A DNA stretch of 54,021 nt from an uncultured Ruficoccus sp. (GCA_965140785.1 OZ223503.1:1-54021); one strand, 5' to 3'; counted from the first letter of the stretch, positions 29,128 to 38,761 are shown. Numbers and translations: made by a program. Notes: a model not told the origin generated them from the sequence alone.

Positions 29128-30717
29128 ATGTTTTCCCCTAAAACTCTCGAACGTGTGCGCCCGGCGGCTGTTTTACTGCTGTTGAGCGCGCTTGTCCTGG
29201 GCGCCCAGCCGGCGCAGAAACCCGTCGGCGTCCTGCGGATTCCGCCCCTGCCCGACTTGGCGCAGAAGGTCAACGCGTTCGGCTATGCCACCGACACCAA
29301 CCAGATGATCCAGTTTCTGGCGCTGATGACGCTGGGACAGGTCGGCTACCCGATGTTCCCGGGGGCCTCGCGCACGGAAAACGCCGGGCTGGTGTGCTTC
29401 GACTCCGGCATACCGGGTGAGATTACCTATGCGCTGGTCGCGAAATTTACCCCCAACAGCTCCGTACCCGCCAAAATCAAGGCCGCGGGCATGGCGGTGA
29501 AGGAGGTTGGCGGCTGGACCGTGATTGCGCCCGAACCGTCGGCCCTGTACACCATCAACGCGGCCAACATCGAGGACGTCCTGCGCTTGGTGCGCAAGGA
29601 GCGCAGCTTTGACTTCGAGTTTGAGACGACGCGCTCGCCCGAGGAGATGGACGCCCTGCGCCAGCGCCTGAACACGCCGGGCGGGACCGGCCAGCTCGAC
29701 GTGAACCTGCTCTTTTCCTTTCTGGAGAACATCCAGTCCTCCCTCCTCGGCGTGAACCTCGACAGCGAGCGCCTGCAGATCGGCACGCGCCAGGTGGCCC
29801 GCTCCGGCACACCCGAGGCCGCGTTGCTTTCGGCCAAGTCTGGCGGCGCGGTGCCGGTGGCGCGTTTCGTTCCCGACACCGGCAACGCCGGGCTCATCTA
29901 CCATACCGACCCGGTCGCGGTGAGCGATTATCTCCAAGTGGCCTTCGGACGCCTGAAAGCCGCCGGAAGGGACGACGAGAGCGCCCAACTCCACGCCAAG
30001 CTGGAACAGACCCTGCAAACGATCGCCGAGGACTGGGACGGCACCGGGGCCTACAGCCTGACCTTTGACTCCGAGCGGGTGGACTACGCCGGCGTGGTGG
30101 GCGGAGACTGGGAGCAGGAGCCGTTCAGCCAGTTGCTGGACGAGCTGTTCGCGGACATCATGCCTGCCCTGCTCGACGAGATGCCCATCAGCCAGTACGC
30201 CAGCGCCGTGCAGATGGCCACCAGCACCTCGCAGTCCGTCGGGCCGGTCTCCTCGGCTCTGCCGGGGGCACTCGGCAACGTCGTGGTCGGCGGCAGCCTG
30301 AACACGCTTGATGAGTATCAGCCGCCCTCCCACCAGATCGTGGACGGCATGATCGTCGTCTCCAACCAGCCCGCCCGGCTGGAGGAACTGGCCGCCGCTG
30401 TGGGCGATGACGAGACCGCTGCCCAACCCTTGTCCAACAAGCTTACGCTCAGCTCCGGCCAGGCTCTGCGCGCCTATGTCGATATGAAAGCGCTCACCCT
30501 GCGCAGTCTGGAGCGGATGAACCTCTATCCCACGCCCTCGACCACGCTTGCCATTCACAATCTATCCGCCGCCAATCTGGAGCCGATGGCGATCGAGATC
30601 GATACCGGTGACAACACCCTGACCGGCACGCTGACTATCCCCATCGAGACCGCCCGCGCCCTCTCCAGCACCCTCCAGCAAATCAAGCAAAGCACCTCCG
30701 AACAAACCATGCACTAG
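29128..30717 (+). CDS. Secreted hypothetical protein
   Basis: 529 aa ORF with signal peptide and host-like codon usage. Confidence 0.7.
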   Translation: MFSPKTLERVRPAAVLLLLSALVLGAQPAQKPVGVLRIPPLPDLAQKVNAFGYATDTNQMIQFLALMTLGQVGYPMFPGASRTENAGLVCFDSGIPGEITYALVAKFTPNSSVPAKIKAAGMAVKEVGGWTVIAPEPSALYTINAANIEDVLRLVRKERSFDFEFETTRSPEEMDALRQRLNTPGGTGQLDVNLLFSFLENIQSSLLGVNLDSERLQIGTRQVARSGTPEAALLSAKSGGAVPVARFVPDTGNAGLIYHTDPVAVSDYLQVAFGRLKAAGRDDESAQLHAKLEQTLQTIAEDWDGTGAYSLTFDSERVDYAGVVGGDWEQEPFSQLLDELFADIMPALLDEMPISQYASAVQMATSTSQSVGPVSSALPGALGNVVVGGSLNTLDEYQPPSHQIVDGMIVVSNQPARLEELAAAVGDDETAAQPLSNKLTLSSGQALRAYVDMKALTLRSLERMNLYPTPSTTLAIHNLSAANLEPMAIEIDTGDNTLTGTLTIPIETARALSSTLQQIKQSTSEQTMH

Positions 30718-30727
30718 CACGCAGGCA

Positions 30728-30787
30728 GGGCATGCCCTGCACCCTAGATGCTGTGCATCTGGATGGCATTTCTTGGGGAAATGCCAT
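30728..30787 (+). repeat. Multi-hairpin REP-like element (copy)
   Basis: GCAGGGC-AT-GCCCTGC-ACC, then AGATGC-TGT-GCATCT and ATGGCATTTC/GAAATGCCAT hairpins, just after the stop codon. Confidence 0.6.
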
Positions 30788-30862
30788 GGGGCGCTCGGTG
30801 GTGGCGAGGTACGGATTTAGCGTACTTTTCATTGGGCCTTAGCTAACAGGATTTTGTTTTTA

Positions 30863-30933
30863 ACCACAGAGCCACCAAGGACACAGATGGTGAAGAGGGA
30901 ATATCTTTTGTGTTTTTTGTGCCTCTTTGTGGC
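30863..30933. repeat. CACAG-type inverted repeat pair
   Basis: accacagagccaccaaggacacaga facing tgtgttttttgtgcctctttgtggct. Confidence 0.55.
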
Positions 30934-31091
30934 TATGATTTTAGTTAAAAAAACGCTAGCCCGCCAATAATCTGCGCCCATCTGCGGAATCTGTGGGCAT
31001 CACCTGTATGGCGGCTGCGGTTGATTGCTGGGTACCTGTTGCCATGTTGGGCCATCTCGGCGTTGCCTATTGCGTCCGGGGGTACGCACAC

Positions 31092-31122
31092 AAAAAAAGC
31101 CCCCCGAACCGGGAGGCTTTTT
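31092..31122. terminator. Bidirectional intrinsic terminator
   Basis: A7-GCCCCCCG-AAC-CGGGAGGC-T5. Confidence 0.75.
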
Positions 31123-31170
31123 GAAAAGGGAGGCGGTTGAACCTGAGGCGGTCCGGTTGCCTGAATACCC

Positions 31171-31228
31171 ATTTGGGCGCAGCCCCATCGCGGTGCGTGA
31201 GCACCGAGGGTGCAGGGCATGCCCTGCT
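31171..31228 (-). repeat. Multi-hairpin REP-like element (copy)
   Basis: Minus strand: GCAGGGCATGCCCTGC-ACC-CT-CGGTGC-TCAC-GCACCG-CG-ATGGGGCTGCGCCCAAAT, after the stop of the AsmA-like gene. Confidence 0.7.
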
Positions 31229-31233
31229 GCCTG

Positions 31234-32031
31234 CTAGAAGAGGTTCTTGATGGTATCGACGGTTTTGTCCACGGCGTCGTCGCCGGTGTCGGTGGCACCC
31301 TTGATGATGTTGAGTCCGGCGCCGGCGGGGTCCTTGGCGATTTCGGCGACTTGCTTGCTTACCTGGTCGATGACGGAATCGAGCACATCGGAGAGAATGA
31401 TGTCCACGACCTGAGCCGGGTTCACGCCCTTGGGGGAGTCGTTCTGCAGGTGGATGTCGGGGATTTTGACCTGGATTTTCTGGCCCAGGACGGTGGCGTT
31501 GGCAACGGCATCGGTGACGGTGATTGTGTGGATGACGTACTGCTTGGACTGGGCAGCGGCGGGCGGCTGCTCACCGGCTTCGGGCTGGGGGGCCTTGGCC
31601 GGGGCTTCCTGGGCATCGCTGCCGGAGAAGTCCTTCACGTTGTCGAGGATGGCCTGAAGGTTGCTGGAGTTGAAAGTCTTGGTGATGTAGTTGAACTCGG
31701 CCTTGTCGATGACGATTTCGTTGATCACGACGGTGTCGCTGAAAACGGTGGAGGGGTCGATTTTGATGCTGATCTCCCCGAGGCTGAAGGCGTCCGCCGG
31801 GGGCTGAAAGCCGTCCGGGTTGCCGACCTTGAGGTCGTCGATCTTGGCGTTGCCGCCGAAGACCGAGATACCGACGCTCTCGACGGTGACGGCGGTCTGG
31901 GTGGCCTGCGGGCCGTAGGTGTTAATGGCGTACTTGACGGACTTACTGACGATGCTGTCCAGCGAGAAGTACAGCACCACGCAGGCGATGATGAAGAGGG
32001 CGAGGAGGATCAGGAGAATTTTTTTGATCAT
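31234..32031 (-). CDS. AsmA-like protein
   Basis: N-terminal TM anchor, VGNPDGF...AFSLGEI, SNLQAILDN, IPDIHL. Confidence 0.7.
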   Translation of the reverse strand: MIKKILLILLALFIIACVVLYFSLDSIVSKSVKYAINTYGPQATQTAVTVESVGISVFGGNAKIDDLKVGNPDGFQPPADAFSLGEISIKIDPSTVFSDTVVINEIVIDKAEFNYITKTFNSSNLQAILDNVKDFSGSDAQEAPAKAPQPEAGEQPPAAAQSKQYVIHTITVTDAVANATVLGQKIQVKIPDIHLQNDSPKGVNPAQVVDIILSDVLDSVIDQVSKQVAEIAKDPAGAGLNIIKGATDTGDDAVDKTVDTIKNLF

Positions 32032-32199
32032 AACAGATAGAATTAAGGTAGCTATAAGAATGTGAAGAACCGCGCCATATGCAAGGGCGGAAAAGAGATT
32101 AAGGCATGGACCCGGGGCCGTTAGGACCAGTGGTTTTCCGTGGGGCGGGCGGATGTTACAGGGAAAGTCCGGTGCCGCCGAGGGCTCCAGGCGGGGTAA

Positions 32200-33066
32200 T
32201 CAGGTGTGCCCGGCAGTCGGGGCCGGGCGGCGGATGAGATGCGCGAGCAGGCCCAGCACAACCCCGGCGGCGAAACCAGCCAGGTGGGCCATGATGTCGG
32301 TGCGCTCGCCGCTGGTGCCGGTGAGCACGAGGACGGTCAGCCCGGCGGCCAGGGGGACGAGGCGCGAGCGCAGGCGCTTCCAGCCGCCGGGGTTGAAGCC
32401 GACGGCGAGGGCGTGACCGACGAGCAGCCCGAGCGCGCCGAAAATCGCGGTCGAGGCCCCCAGCGAACGGTACGGCTCGGGGGCATAAAGGAGGGCGCAC
32501 ACGGCGTTGCCAATGACCCCGCTGAGGATGACCAGCGGCCACCCCAGGCGGTTGCCGAAGATCTGCACCACGAGCCAGATCAGGCAGGCGCCCGAGACGA
32601 GATTACCCGCCAGGTGGCCGATGTCGGCGTGCAGCAGCAGCGCGGTGAAGCACCGCCAGAGCTGCCCCTGCTCGGTGACGGCCTGAGCGTCGTTCATGCC
32701 TACGGCTTTCAGGGCGGGCCAGATGTCCTGGGCAATGAAGGCCGTGATCAGGACGGCGGCGAAAATCCACAGGCCGCGGGCGGCGGGGTGGGTGCCGTAG
32801 GCGACGGGCTCGCGCGGGGGCCAGTGGGCGTTCTCCTGCTCGAAGCGGGTGAGCTGCTCGGCCACGGCCTCGGCGCGGGCACTGTCCACGCACAGCAGGT
32901 AGCGGCCCTCGGCGTGGATCATGCGGTAGGACAGACGCATGGAGAGGACGACCAGGGCGCGTTCATTGGCGGCCTGGAAGCTCTCGTAGGAGCCGACCAG
33001 GGTCAGGCCTTCGGGGACAGCGTCTTGCACGGCGTTTAGGGTTGCCGCCCGCCGGCACAGGTACAA
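32200..33066 (-). CDS. Rhomboid family intramembrane serine protease
   Basis: WRCFTALLLH, HLAGN, SLGAS (catalytic Ser), AHLAGF (catalytic His); start uncertain. Confidence 0.9.
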   Translation of the reverse strand: MYLCRRAATLNAVQDAVPEGLTLVGSYESFQAANERALVVLSMRLSYRMIHAEGRYLLCVDSARAEAVAEQLTRFEQENAHWPPREPVAYGTHPAARGLWIFAAVLITAFIAQDIWPALKAVGMNDAQAVTEQGQLWRCFTALLLHADIGHLAGNLVSGACLIWLVVQIFGNRLGWPLVILSGVIGNAVCALLYAPEPYRSLGASTAIFGALGLLVGHALAVGFNPGGWKRLRSRLVPLAAGLTVLVLTGTSGERTDIMAHLAGFAAGVVLGLLAHLIRRPAPTAGHT

Positions 33067-33077
33067 GGCTTTTCCCC

Positions 33078-33557
33078 ATGGAAACGACGCAATCCCTGAA
33101 CCAGCTCGGCCAGCTCAAGGGGCTGGTGAGCGGGTGGACGCAACGGCCGTCCTGGGACGAGTATTTCTCCGCCATGAGCATCCTCATGGCCTCGCGTTCG
33201 CCCTGCGAACGCCTGCACGTGGGCTGCGTGCTGGTCTCGGCCGGCGAGCATAAAAACCGGGTCGTGGCCGCCGGGTACAACGGCTTCCTGCCGGGCTCAC
33301 CGCACCTCTCGCGCGTGCGCGACGACCACGAGCAAGGCACCGTCCACGCCGAGCAGAACGCCATCGCGGACGCCGCCCGGCGCGGGGTCAGCCTCGACGG
33401 CGCGACGGCCTACATCACGCATTTTCCCTGCATCAACTGCGCTAAAATTCTCTGTGCCGCCGGGGTCAAGGTGGTCAAGTACCTCGACGACTACCGCAAC
33501 GACCCCATCGCGCTGGACTTGCTGGTGGAGGCCGGTGTCGAGGTGATCAAGATTTAG
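33078..33557 (+). CDS. dCMP deaminase / ComEB family
   Basis: RPSWDEYF, GYNG, HAEQNAI, PCINC. Confidence 0.92.
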   Translation: METTQSLNQLGQLKGLVSGWTQRPSWDEYFSAMSILMASRSPCERLHVGCVLVSAGEHKNRVVAAGYNGFLPGSPHLSRVRDDHEQGTVHAEQNAIADAARRGVSLDGATAYITHFPCINCAKILCAAGVKVVKYLDDYRNDPIALDLLVEAGVEVIKI

Positions 33558-33564
33558 ATTTCCC

Positions 33565-34125
33565 ATGGTGCAGCCCAAAGAAACCCCGCCTTTTTCCGGC
33601 TCCCTGCTGGTGTCGCACCCGGGGTTGCTGGACCCGAACTTCCGTAAGTCGGTGGTGCTGCTCTCGGCTCATGACGAGGAGAGCGGCTCGCTCGGGGTGA
33701 TCATTAACCGCCCGACCGGGCAGACGCTGGCCGAGCTTAACGGCGAATACACCTACGGGCCGCTGGCCGAAGTGCCGGTGTACGAGGGTGGCCCGGTGCA
33801 GCGCGACCAGATGCTGCTGGTGGCCTGGCACTGGCTCCCCGAGAGCTCGGCCTTCCGGCTGTATTTCGGGATTTCCGAGGACAAGGCCGCCGAGTTGATG
33901 GCCGATTCGAACAGAGCGGAGGTGCGGGCCTTTCTGGGGTATTCCGGCTGGTCCGAGGGGCAGCTGGAGATGGAGCGCCAGCAGAACGCCTGGCTGGTCA
34001 TCCCGATCAGCGGCCACCTGATGGAGGGGCTCGACGGTCCGGCCATGTGGCGCGAAATTCTGGCCAGCACCTGGCCCGAGCTGGCCTTCCTGGCCGACGC
34101 GCCCGACGATCCGACTTTGAACTAG
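33565..34125 (+). CDS. YqgE/AlgH family protein
   Basis: DPNFRKSVVL, GVIINRP, GGPV, LGYSGWSEGQLE. Confidence 0.93.
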   Translation: MVQPKETPPFSGSLLVSHPGLLDPNFRKSVVLLSAHDEESGSLGVIINRPTGQTLAELNGEYTYGPLAEVPVYEGGPVQRDQMLLVAWHWLPESSAFRLYFGISEDKAAELMADSNRAEVRAFLGYSGWSEGQLEMERQQNAWLVIPISGHLMEGLDGPAMWREILASTWPELAFLADAPDDPTLN

Positions 34126-34274
34126 GCCACGTGGAGAAAATACTCATGTCGCCCCCTTTGGCGCTTTTAGACATGTCCTCAGCTCGACAATTCGGCAAAT
34201 TGCCTCGCTTCGAAGCCTGAATTTCGGACCCAAAATCGCCTTCGGCTGCTCGTTCCGTATTTAGTCCACGCGGC

Positions 34275-35228
34275 CTAGCGGCGGATGCCGAGGGTGCGGT
34301 CGAGCTCGGTGACGGACTCGTCGCGGGGCAGGGGCTTCGACTCGACGGTGGCGTCGATGGTCGAGGTGATCATCAGTCGGCGGGGGGTGAAACGGTTCTG
34401 CTCCACCGGGTCGCCGATGAAGACGACTTTCAACTGTGTCCTCTGGCGGACGGGATAGACCGGGCCCTCCTGCGGCATCCATGCCTCGGAGCGGAAGGTG
34501 AGGTTGCCCTTGATCAGGCGGATGCCCTCCTGCTCGGGGAGCTTGAGGCGGGAAATTTCCATCTCGCTCAGAATGTGGGTGCAGGGGACGCCATCGAGGC
34601 TGTCAGCGTCGAGCAGGGTGACTGAGCCGGTGAGGTTTTTCGGTGCCGTCTGAAGGCTCATGTCAAAGTTGAAGTCCTCGGAGGCCAGGTCGGCGTTGAC
34701 GGGCCAGGATTCGCCGATGGAGACCGGGTGGCCGGGAGCGAAGATGTCCGCGTCGGTGATGGAATTATCGCGCAGGGCGATGATTTGCTCCAGGTAGAGG
34801 GTGGCGGCCTTGGGCAGTTCATGGCCGTCGGCATCGGTGAAGACTTTTTTGCCCAGGTCGAGTTTGCCGGTGAAGACCGTGCCGGGAGGCAGCAACTCCT
34901 GCGGTTCGCCGCCATTGGTGCTGACGGTAAACTTGATGACCTTGAAGCGCTCCTGGATCGCCTTGCCGGTGGCATTGTTGGTGACGACGGTGGCGTTGGC
35001 CTCGAAGACACTCTCGAACTTCGACTTGTCGCTGTTGACGACCGAGCCGCCCTGCATGATGAGCGTGGAGTTGGCGACCGTGCGCTGGTCGCGGAACCAG
35101 TAGCTGTCTCCCGTGCGCTTGGGAGAAAACAGGCGGGGGGTGTAGGTTTGCTCTGCGGCGACCGGACCGATGAGGGAGAAGGCGGTGAGCAGCAGCGGCA
35201 GAAAGCGCAGGGAGGAGAGGCGGATCAT
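34275..35228 (-). CDS. Secreted hypothetical protein (beta-rich)
   Basis: Signal peptide from ATG at 35228; PVSIGESW motif. Confidence 0.65.
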   Translation of the reverse strand: MIRLSSLRFLPLLLTAFSLIGPVAAEQTYTPRLFSPKRTGDSYWFRDQRTVANSTLIMQGGSVVNSDKSKFESVFEANATVVTNNATGKAIQERFKVIKFTVSTNGGEPQELLPPGTVFTGKLDLGKKVFTDADGHELPKAATLYLEQIIALRDNSITDADIFAPGHPVSIGESWPVNADLASEDFNFDMSLQTAPKNLTGSVTLLDADSLDGVPCTHILSEMEISRLKLPEQEGIRLIKGNLTFRSEAWMPQEGPVYPVRQRTQLKVVFIGDPVEQNRFTPRRLMITSTIDATVESKPLPRDESVTELDRTLGIRR

Positions 35229-35387
35229 GGCGGAAGGGTCAGATGTTTCCCGCACATTTGAAAAGATCGGGCTCCGGGTCAAGTGCCGCTTCGACAAAGG
35301 GCGCGGATTGATCCGCCGGAATGGACCCGGCGGGCGGGGCTGACGATGGCATCGCCGCGGGAGTGGCCCCGCTCATAGAAGTGCCTC

Positions 35388-36134
35388 TTAGTTGGGCGGT
35401 TCGAAATAGTAATCGAAGACGCCGGCGTTGGGCTCGATCGAGTTCCATCGCAGGCTCTGGTGGGTATTTTTATTCACCTGGGTGAGAATGGTGTAGGGCA
35501 GGAGCACCCCTTTGACACTGCGATAGTCCTCGAAGATACTGGTGGTTTCCTCGGTTTCGCCTTTGTTATTGGGGGCATCGACCGTCCGCTGGAGCAGTTT
35601 GAGGTCGTCTTTGGAGAGGTAGTAACGCTCGCTGCCTGGGAGCTTGGGGCGGGTGACCTCGATGACATAGGCTTCGGTACCGTTGAGGGTTTGCTCCTCC
35701 AGCAACTGGTAGGTATAGGAAGAGTCCCGGTAGCTGACCAGCGGGTCGATCAAGTCGCATTCGCGGATCAGGTTCGCCGCCTCCATGCCCTCAAGCACCG
35801 TGCTCTCTAGTAGATGGCCGTTTTGCGCGGTGCGCATCCAGCAGGTCGTCCCGTCGTAGCCGAGGGTGACTTTTCGCTGCGCCTGCTGCATGACGAGGCG
35901 GATCATATGCGGGCGCTTCTGGATGACGATGACGTCCGTGACATGCTGGCCGTTTTGGCTCAGACTGCCTTCCCAGCGCAGGCTGTTCAGATCCTGGATC
36001 GTGTATCTGCCCCCGCGCTGCTCCACGTAGCCCTGCAGGATTTCCCGCAACTGGGGGTCGGAGACATCGGCGTGGCCGGTGCCGGCCAGCGCCAGCCAGG
36101 AGGAAAAAAACAGGGCAGTCAGGGTAGTGCGCAT
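35388..36134 (-). CDS. LolA-like / outer-membrane lipoprotein-sorting fold protein
   Basis: Signal peptide; GYDGTTCW, FEDYRSVKGVLLPY, C-terminal F..P pattern. Confidence 0.6.
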   Translation of the reverse strand: MRTTLTALFFSSWLALAGTGHADVSDPQLREILQGYVEQRGGRYTIQDLNSLRWEGSLSQNGQHVTDVIVIQKRPHMIRLVMQQAQRKVTLGYDGTTCWMRTAQNGHLLESTVLEGMEAANLIRECDLIDPLVSYRDSSYTYQLLEEQTLNGTEAYVIEVTRPKLPGSERYYLSKDDLKLLQRTVDAPNNKGETEETTSIFEDYRSVKGVLLPYTILTQVNKNTHQSLRWNSIEPNAGVFDYYFEPPN

Positions 36135-36182
36135 CCTTAAGTGTATCGGCAAAAGCGTTAGTGTACTTAAGAGTAAAAACGC

Positions 36183-36962
36183 TTACGCCGGGCTAGGCAA
36201 GCCCGGGAATAAGGTGCGACGGAGCCAGTCCAGGCACGCGCCTGCCCAGTCGTACTCGGCGTTGAGGCCGAGGCCGTGGCCGCCGTGTTTGTAAACATGA
36301 AGCTCGTAGCTGACCCCCGCCCGCTCCAGAGCCTGGGCGAAGAGGAGGCTGTTCATCGGGGCGACCGATCCGTCCTCGCGTGTGTGCCACAGGAAGCAGG
36401 GCGGTGTCTGGGGGGAGACCAACAGCTCCGGCGAGGTGGCGGCGGCCTGCTCGTCCGTGGGTTCGCCGCCGTGGAGCTTTTGAGCCGATCCGGCGTGGCG
36501 GTGGGGGCCCTTCATGCTGATCACCGGATAGCACAGGATGCCGAAGTCCGGGCGCAGGGAAATCTCTTCGCTGTACTGGTCCCAGGCGGTCAGGCAATGC
36601 GCCGTGAGGTGTCCCCCGGCTGAAGAGCCCATCACGCCGATCCGGTTCGGGTCGAGGCCGAACTCCTCCGCCCGGCTGCGGACGGCATGGACCGCGGCCA
36701 GCGCGTCCTCCAGCATGGCCGGGTGCTGGGCACCGTCGGGGGCGACGCGGTAGCGCGTCACAAAGCACGCGTAACCGGCGGCGGCGAAATACTCCGCGTA
36801 GCCTTTACCCTCGTGCTCGGCATGGCGCTGGTAGCCGCCGCCCGGAAAGATGATAATGGCCGCCCCGTTGCGGTCGGCTTCGTCGGGCAACCAGGCCTGC
36901 ATGGCGGGAGCCGGGTTCGTCGTGCCCGAGGGGAGGGTACCGTGAAGGCTGAAAGTTTCCAT
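36183..36962 (-). CDS. Alpha/beta hydrolase (carbohydrate esterase-like)
   Basis: FPGGGY, GSSAGGH, RPDFGILCYPVI, DGSV, GGHGLG; ATG at 36962. Confidence 0.9.
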   Translation of the reverse strand: METFSLHGTLPSGTTNPAPAMQAWLPDEADRNGAAIIIFPGGGYQRHAEHEGKGYAEYFAAAGYACFVTRYRVAPDGAQHPAMLEDALAAVHAVRSRAEEFGLDPNRIGVMGSSAGGHLTAHCLTAWDQYSEEISLRPDFGILCYPVISMKGPHRHAGSAQKLHGGEPTDEQAAATSPELLVSPQTPPCFLWHTREDGSVAPMNSLLFAQALERAGVSYELHVYKHGGHGLGLNAEYDWAGACLDWLRRTLFPGLPSPA

Positions 36963-37042
36963 TGCCGACGATGATGAGCTTTCCCGTCCGGGTTTCCAAT
37001 AAAAACAACAGCGGAAGTGACGGAAGCGGGGGAAATCTTTGA

Positions 37043-37216
37043 TCAAGGAGTGTCCTCAAGGGGCGTGAGCGCGGTCGAGCCGGGGGGCAGTGGTGGATAG
37101 CGCTGCTCAAAACCGGTGGGGAGCATGGGCTCAACAGGTGCGGTGGTTGGCTCCGGTTGGCAGCCTCCAAGGACGAGACTAAGCGTCCAGAGAACGAACA
37201 GTAGCAGCTTGTTCAT
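37043..37216 (-). CDS. Small Pro-rich lipoprotein (o-spanin-like)
   Basis: 57 aa: MNKLLLFVLWTLSLVLGGC lipobox followed by a Pro-rich tail; starts inside the 3' end of the upstream gene in another frame. Confidence 0.5.
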   Translation of the reverse strand: MNKLLLFVLWTLSLVLGGCQPEPTTAPVEPMLPTGFEQRYPPLPPGSTALTPLEDTP

Positions 37217-37643
37217 CGGTGAGGTCAAAGAGGCCCCCGTCGGGCTGAGGGTCGAGCTCATAAAGCGTCTTGTCTGCAGCCATCAAGGAACAGACGGAGT
37301 GGCCGCTGCGGGGGTTGGCCGGATCAGTGAGGAAATGAATTTCGGCCAGGGCGGGCTTGAGTGCGGAGTGGCCCATGGCGTTTCTGAGTAGGACGTAGGC
37401 GATGAAAAGCCGGCTCCAGAAGTCGCAATCGCCTTTGCTCCAGGTCCACTTATACGCCCCGTACGGGCCGAGGATGGCCTCCATCCAGGAGAGAAACTGC
37501 CGGTAAAGCTGCACGGTCTCGGCTCGCTCCACCGTATGGTAGCGGCTGTCCCGGAAGGTCGTTCGGGTGGCCGGCAGGTGGGCATAACGCCGCGCGAGAG
37601 CGGTGACCCAGGTGAGTTTGTCGATCTGCTTGGAGGTGGGCAT
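37179..37643 (-). CDS. Putative papain/transglutaminase-like cysteine peptidase
   Basis: GDCDFWS ... GHSVC ... YELDPQ spacing fits a Cys-His-acid triad. Confidence 0.45.
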   Translation of the reverse strand: MPTSKQIDKLTWVTALARRYAHLPATRTTFRDSRYHTVERAETVQLYRQFLSWMEAILGPYGAYKWTWSKGDCDFWSRLFIAYVLLRNAMGHSALKPALAEIHFLTDPANPRSGHSVCSLMAADKTLYELDPQPDGGLFDLTDEQAATVRSLDA

Positions 37644-37650
37644 TGTGGGA

Positions 37651-37689
37651 TAAAAGAAGCCCGCCCCGGCAGGGCCTTCCGGGGCGGGC
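37651..37689 (-). terminator. Intrinsic terminator within the phage-like cluster
   Basis: 11-bp stem GCCCGCCCCGG / CCGGGGCGGGC followed by TTCTTTTA on the minus strand. Confidence 0.65.
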
Positions 37690-37703
37690 GGGTGTTACGC
37701 GGA

Positions 37704-38204
37704 TCAGCGGGAAACCAGTTCGTTCCTGGCTTCGAAAAGCTGCTGGTAGAGCACTCCGCCGTAGTTTTCGCCGGAGGCCGGGGTGGCGCCCACCGTGGTG
37801 GCCTCGGCGGTGCTCTGGTTTTCGAGGGAGGTCATCAATGCCTTGATGAGCGCGGTTTTTTCGTCATCGGGGAGAGGGGCGGACTCGATGTCGGACACGA
37901 CCGCGCTGGCGGCTTGAGCGGCGTTGGCGCCGGTCTCAAAGGCTTCGTCCACCGCATCGAGAAGGGTAAGCAAGTGGTCGCGATAGGGGTCGGTTTCATT
38001 GACCCCGTCGAGGAAGGCTGTGAAACCGATGTTGAGGGCGAGCTTCGCCGCGGCCTTGCCCAACGTGACGGCGGTGTCCTTGACGGCGTCCGGGGTCTGC
38101 TCCCACAGACTTTGCAGGGTGTCACAGCCGGTGAATACACAGGCGGGCGTGGTGGCGGCGATGCCGAGGGCGGTGAGGAGATGGAGCTTTTTAAATGTGT
38201 TCAT
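37704..38204 (-). CDS. Helical lipoprotein of the phage-like cluster
   Basis: Hydrophobic leader ending VFTGC; Ala-rich helical mature part. Confidence 0.65.
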   Translation of the reverse strand: MNTFKKLHLLTALGIAATTPACVFTGCDTLQSLWEQTPDAVKDTAVTLGKAAAKLALNIGFTAFLDGVNETDPYRDHLLTLLDAVDEAFETGANAAQAASAVVSDIESAPLPDDEKTALIKALMTSLENQSTAEATTVGATPASGENYGGVLYQQLFEARNELVSR

Positions 38205-38240
38205 GGTGTATGTGTATTGATTTTTGGATACGTGAGTTGG

Positions 38241-38510
38241 TCAGCGCTTGGGGCCATGGGGGAGCGGGCTCGGCGCTGCCGCGGGCTTGGGCGCCCGCTT
38301 GAGCAAGCGATTCTGCTCGGCGGTGTGGGCGCCGGATTCGGTATCCGTGCGGTCGTTGTCGCGGGCGAAGAGGAAGCCGATGCCGGAGAGCACAAGGGCG
38401 ATGTCCTCGGTGTTCGGGAAACCCTCCCCGCTGAAGAGGGTATAGAGCGCGCGTGCCCCTCCCGCCAGGATGGCGAGAATGGCGACAGTGGTGGTTTTGG
38501 GCGACTTCAC
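38241..38510 (-). CDS. Holin-like small membrane protein
   Basis: MKSPKTT... two TM segments ending GIGFLFARD, charged C-terminus; resembles small phage holins. Confidence 0.55.
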   Translation of the reverse strand: MKSPKTTTVAILAILAGGARALYTLFSGEGFPNTEDIALVLSGIGFLFARDNDRTDTESGAHTAEQNRLLKRAPKPAAAPSPLPHGPKR

Positions 38511-38522
38511 TTTAACTTCACT

Positions 38523-38759
38523 TTAGATAGCCGCGATTTCGGCGGGGGTTAGGGTGAGGTCCTGCGTGGATGCGTCATCCAGCAGGACGGAGAGGGTGAG
38601 CGTCTCCGGGTTCCAGGTACCGGAGACGGCGTTGGCGGGGGCTTCCTTGCCGGCGGGGAAGGGAGCTTCGCGCTGGCCTCCTGGGACGTTGAAGCGCATA
38701 CGGGCCTCGACGGTGGAGCCGTCCGGGGTGCGGAAAAGATAGGCGTCTGCAAATTTCAT
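38523..38759 (-). CDS. Small hypothetical protein (possible fibre chaperone)
   Basis: 78 aa beta-rich ORF starting 2 bp after the fibre gene stop. Confidence 0.55.
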   Translation of the reverse strand: MKFADAYLFRTPDGSTVEARMRFNVPGGQREAPFPAGKEAPANAVSGTWNPETLTLSVLLDDASTQDLTLTPAEIAAI

Positions 38760-38761
38760 GG

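Noticed and set aside
30935..31170. ncRNA or small ORFs in the long intergenic region
   Set aside because: No recognisable RNA family motif; ORFs lack host-like codon pattern; mostly repeats and a terminator
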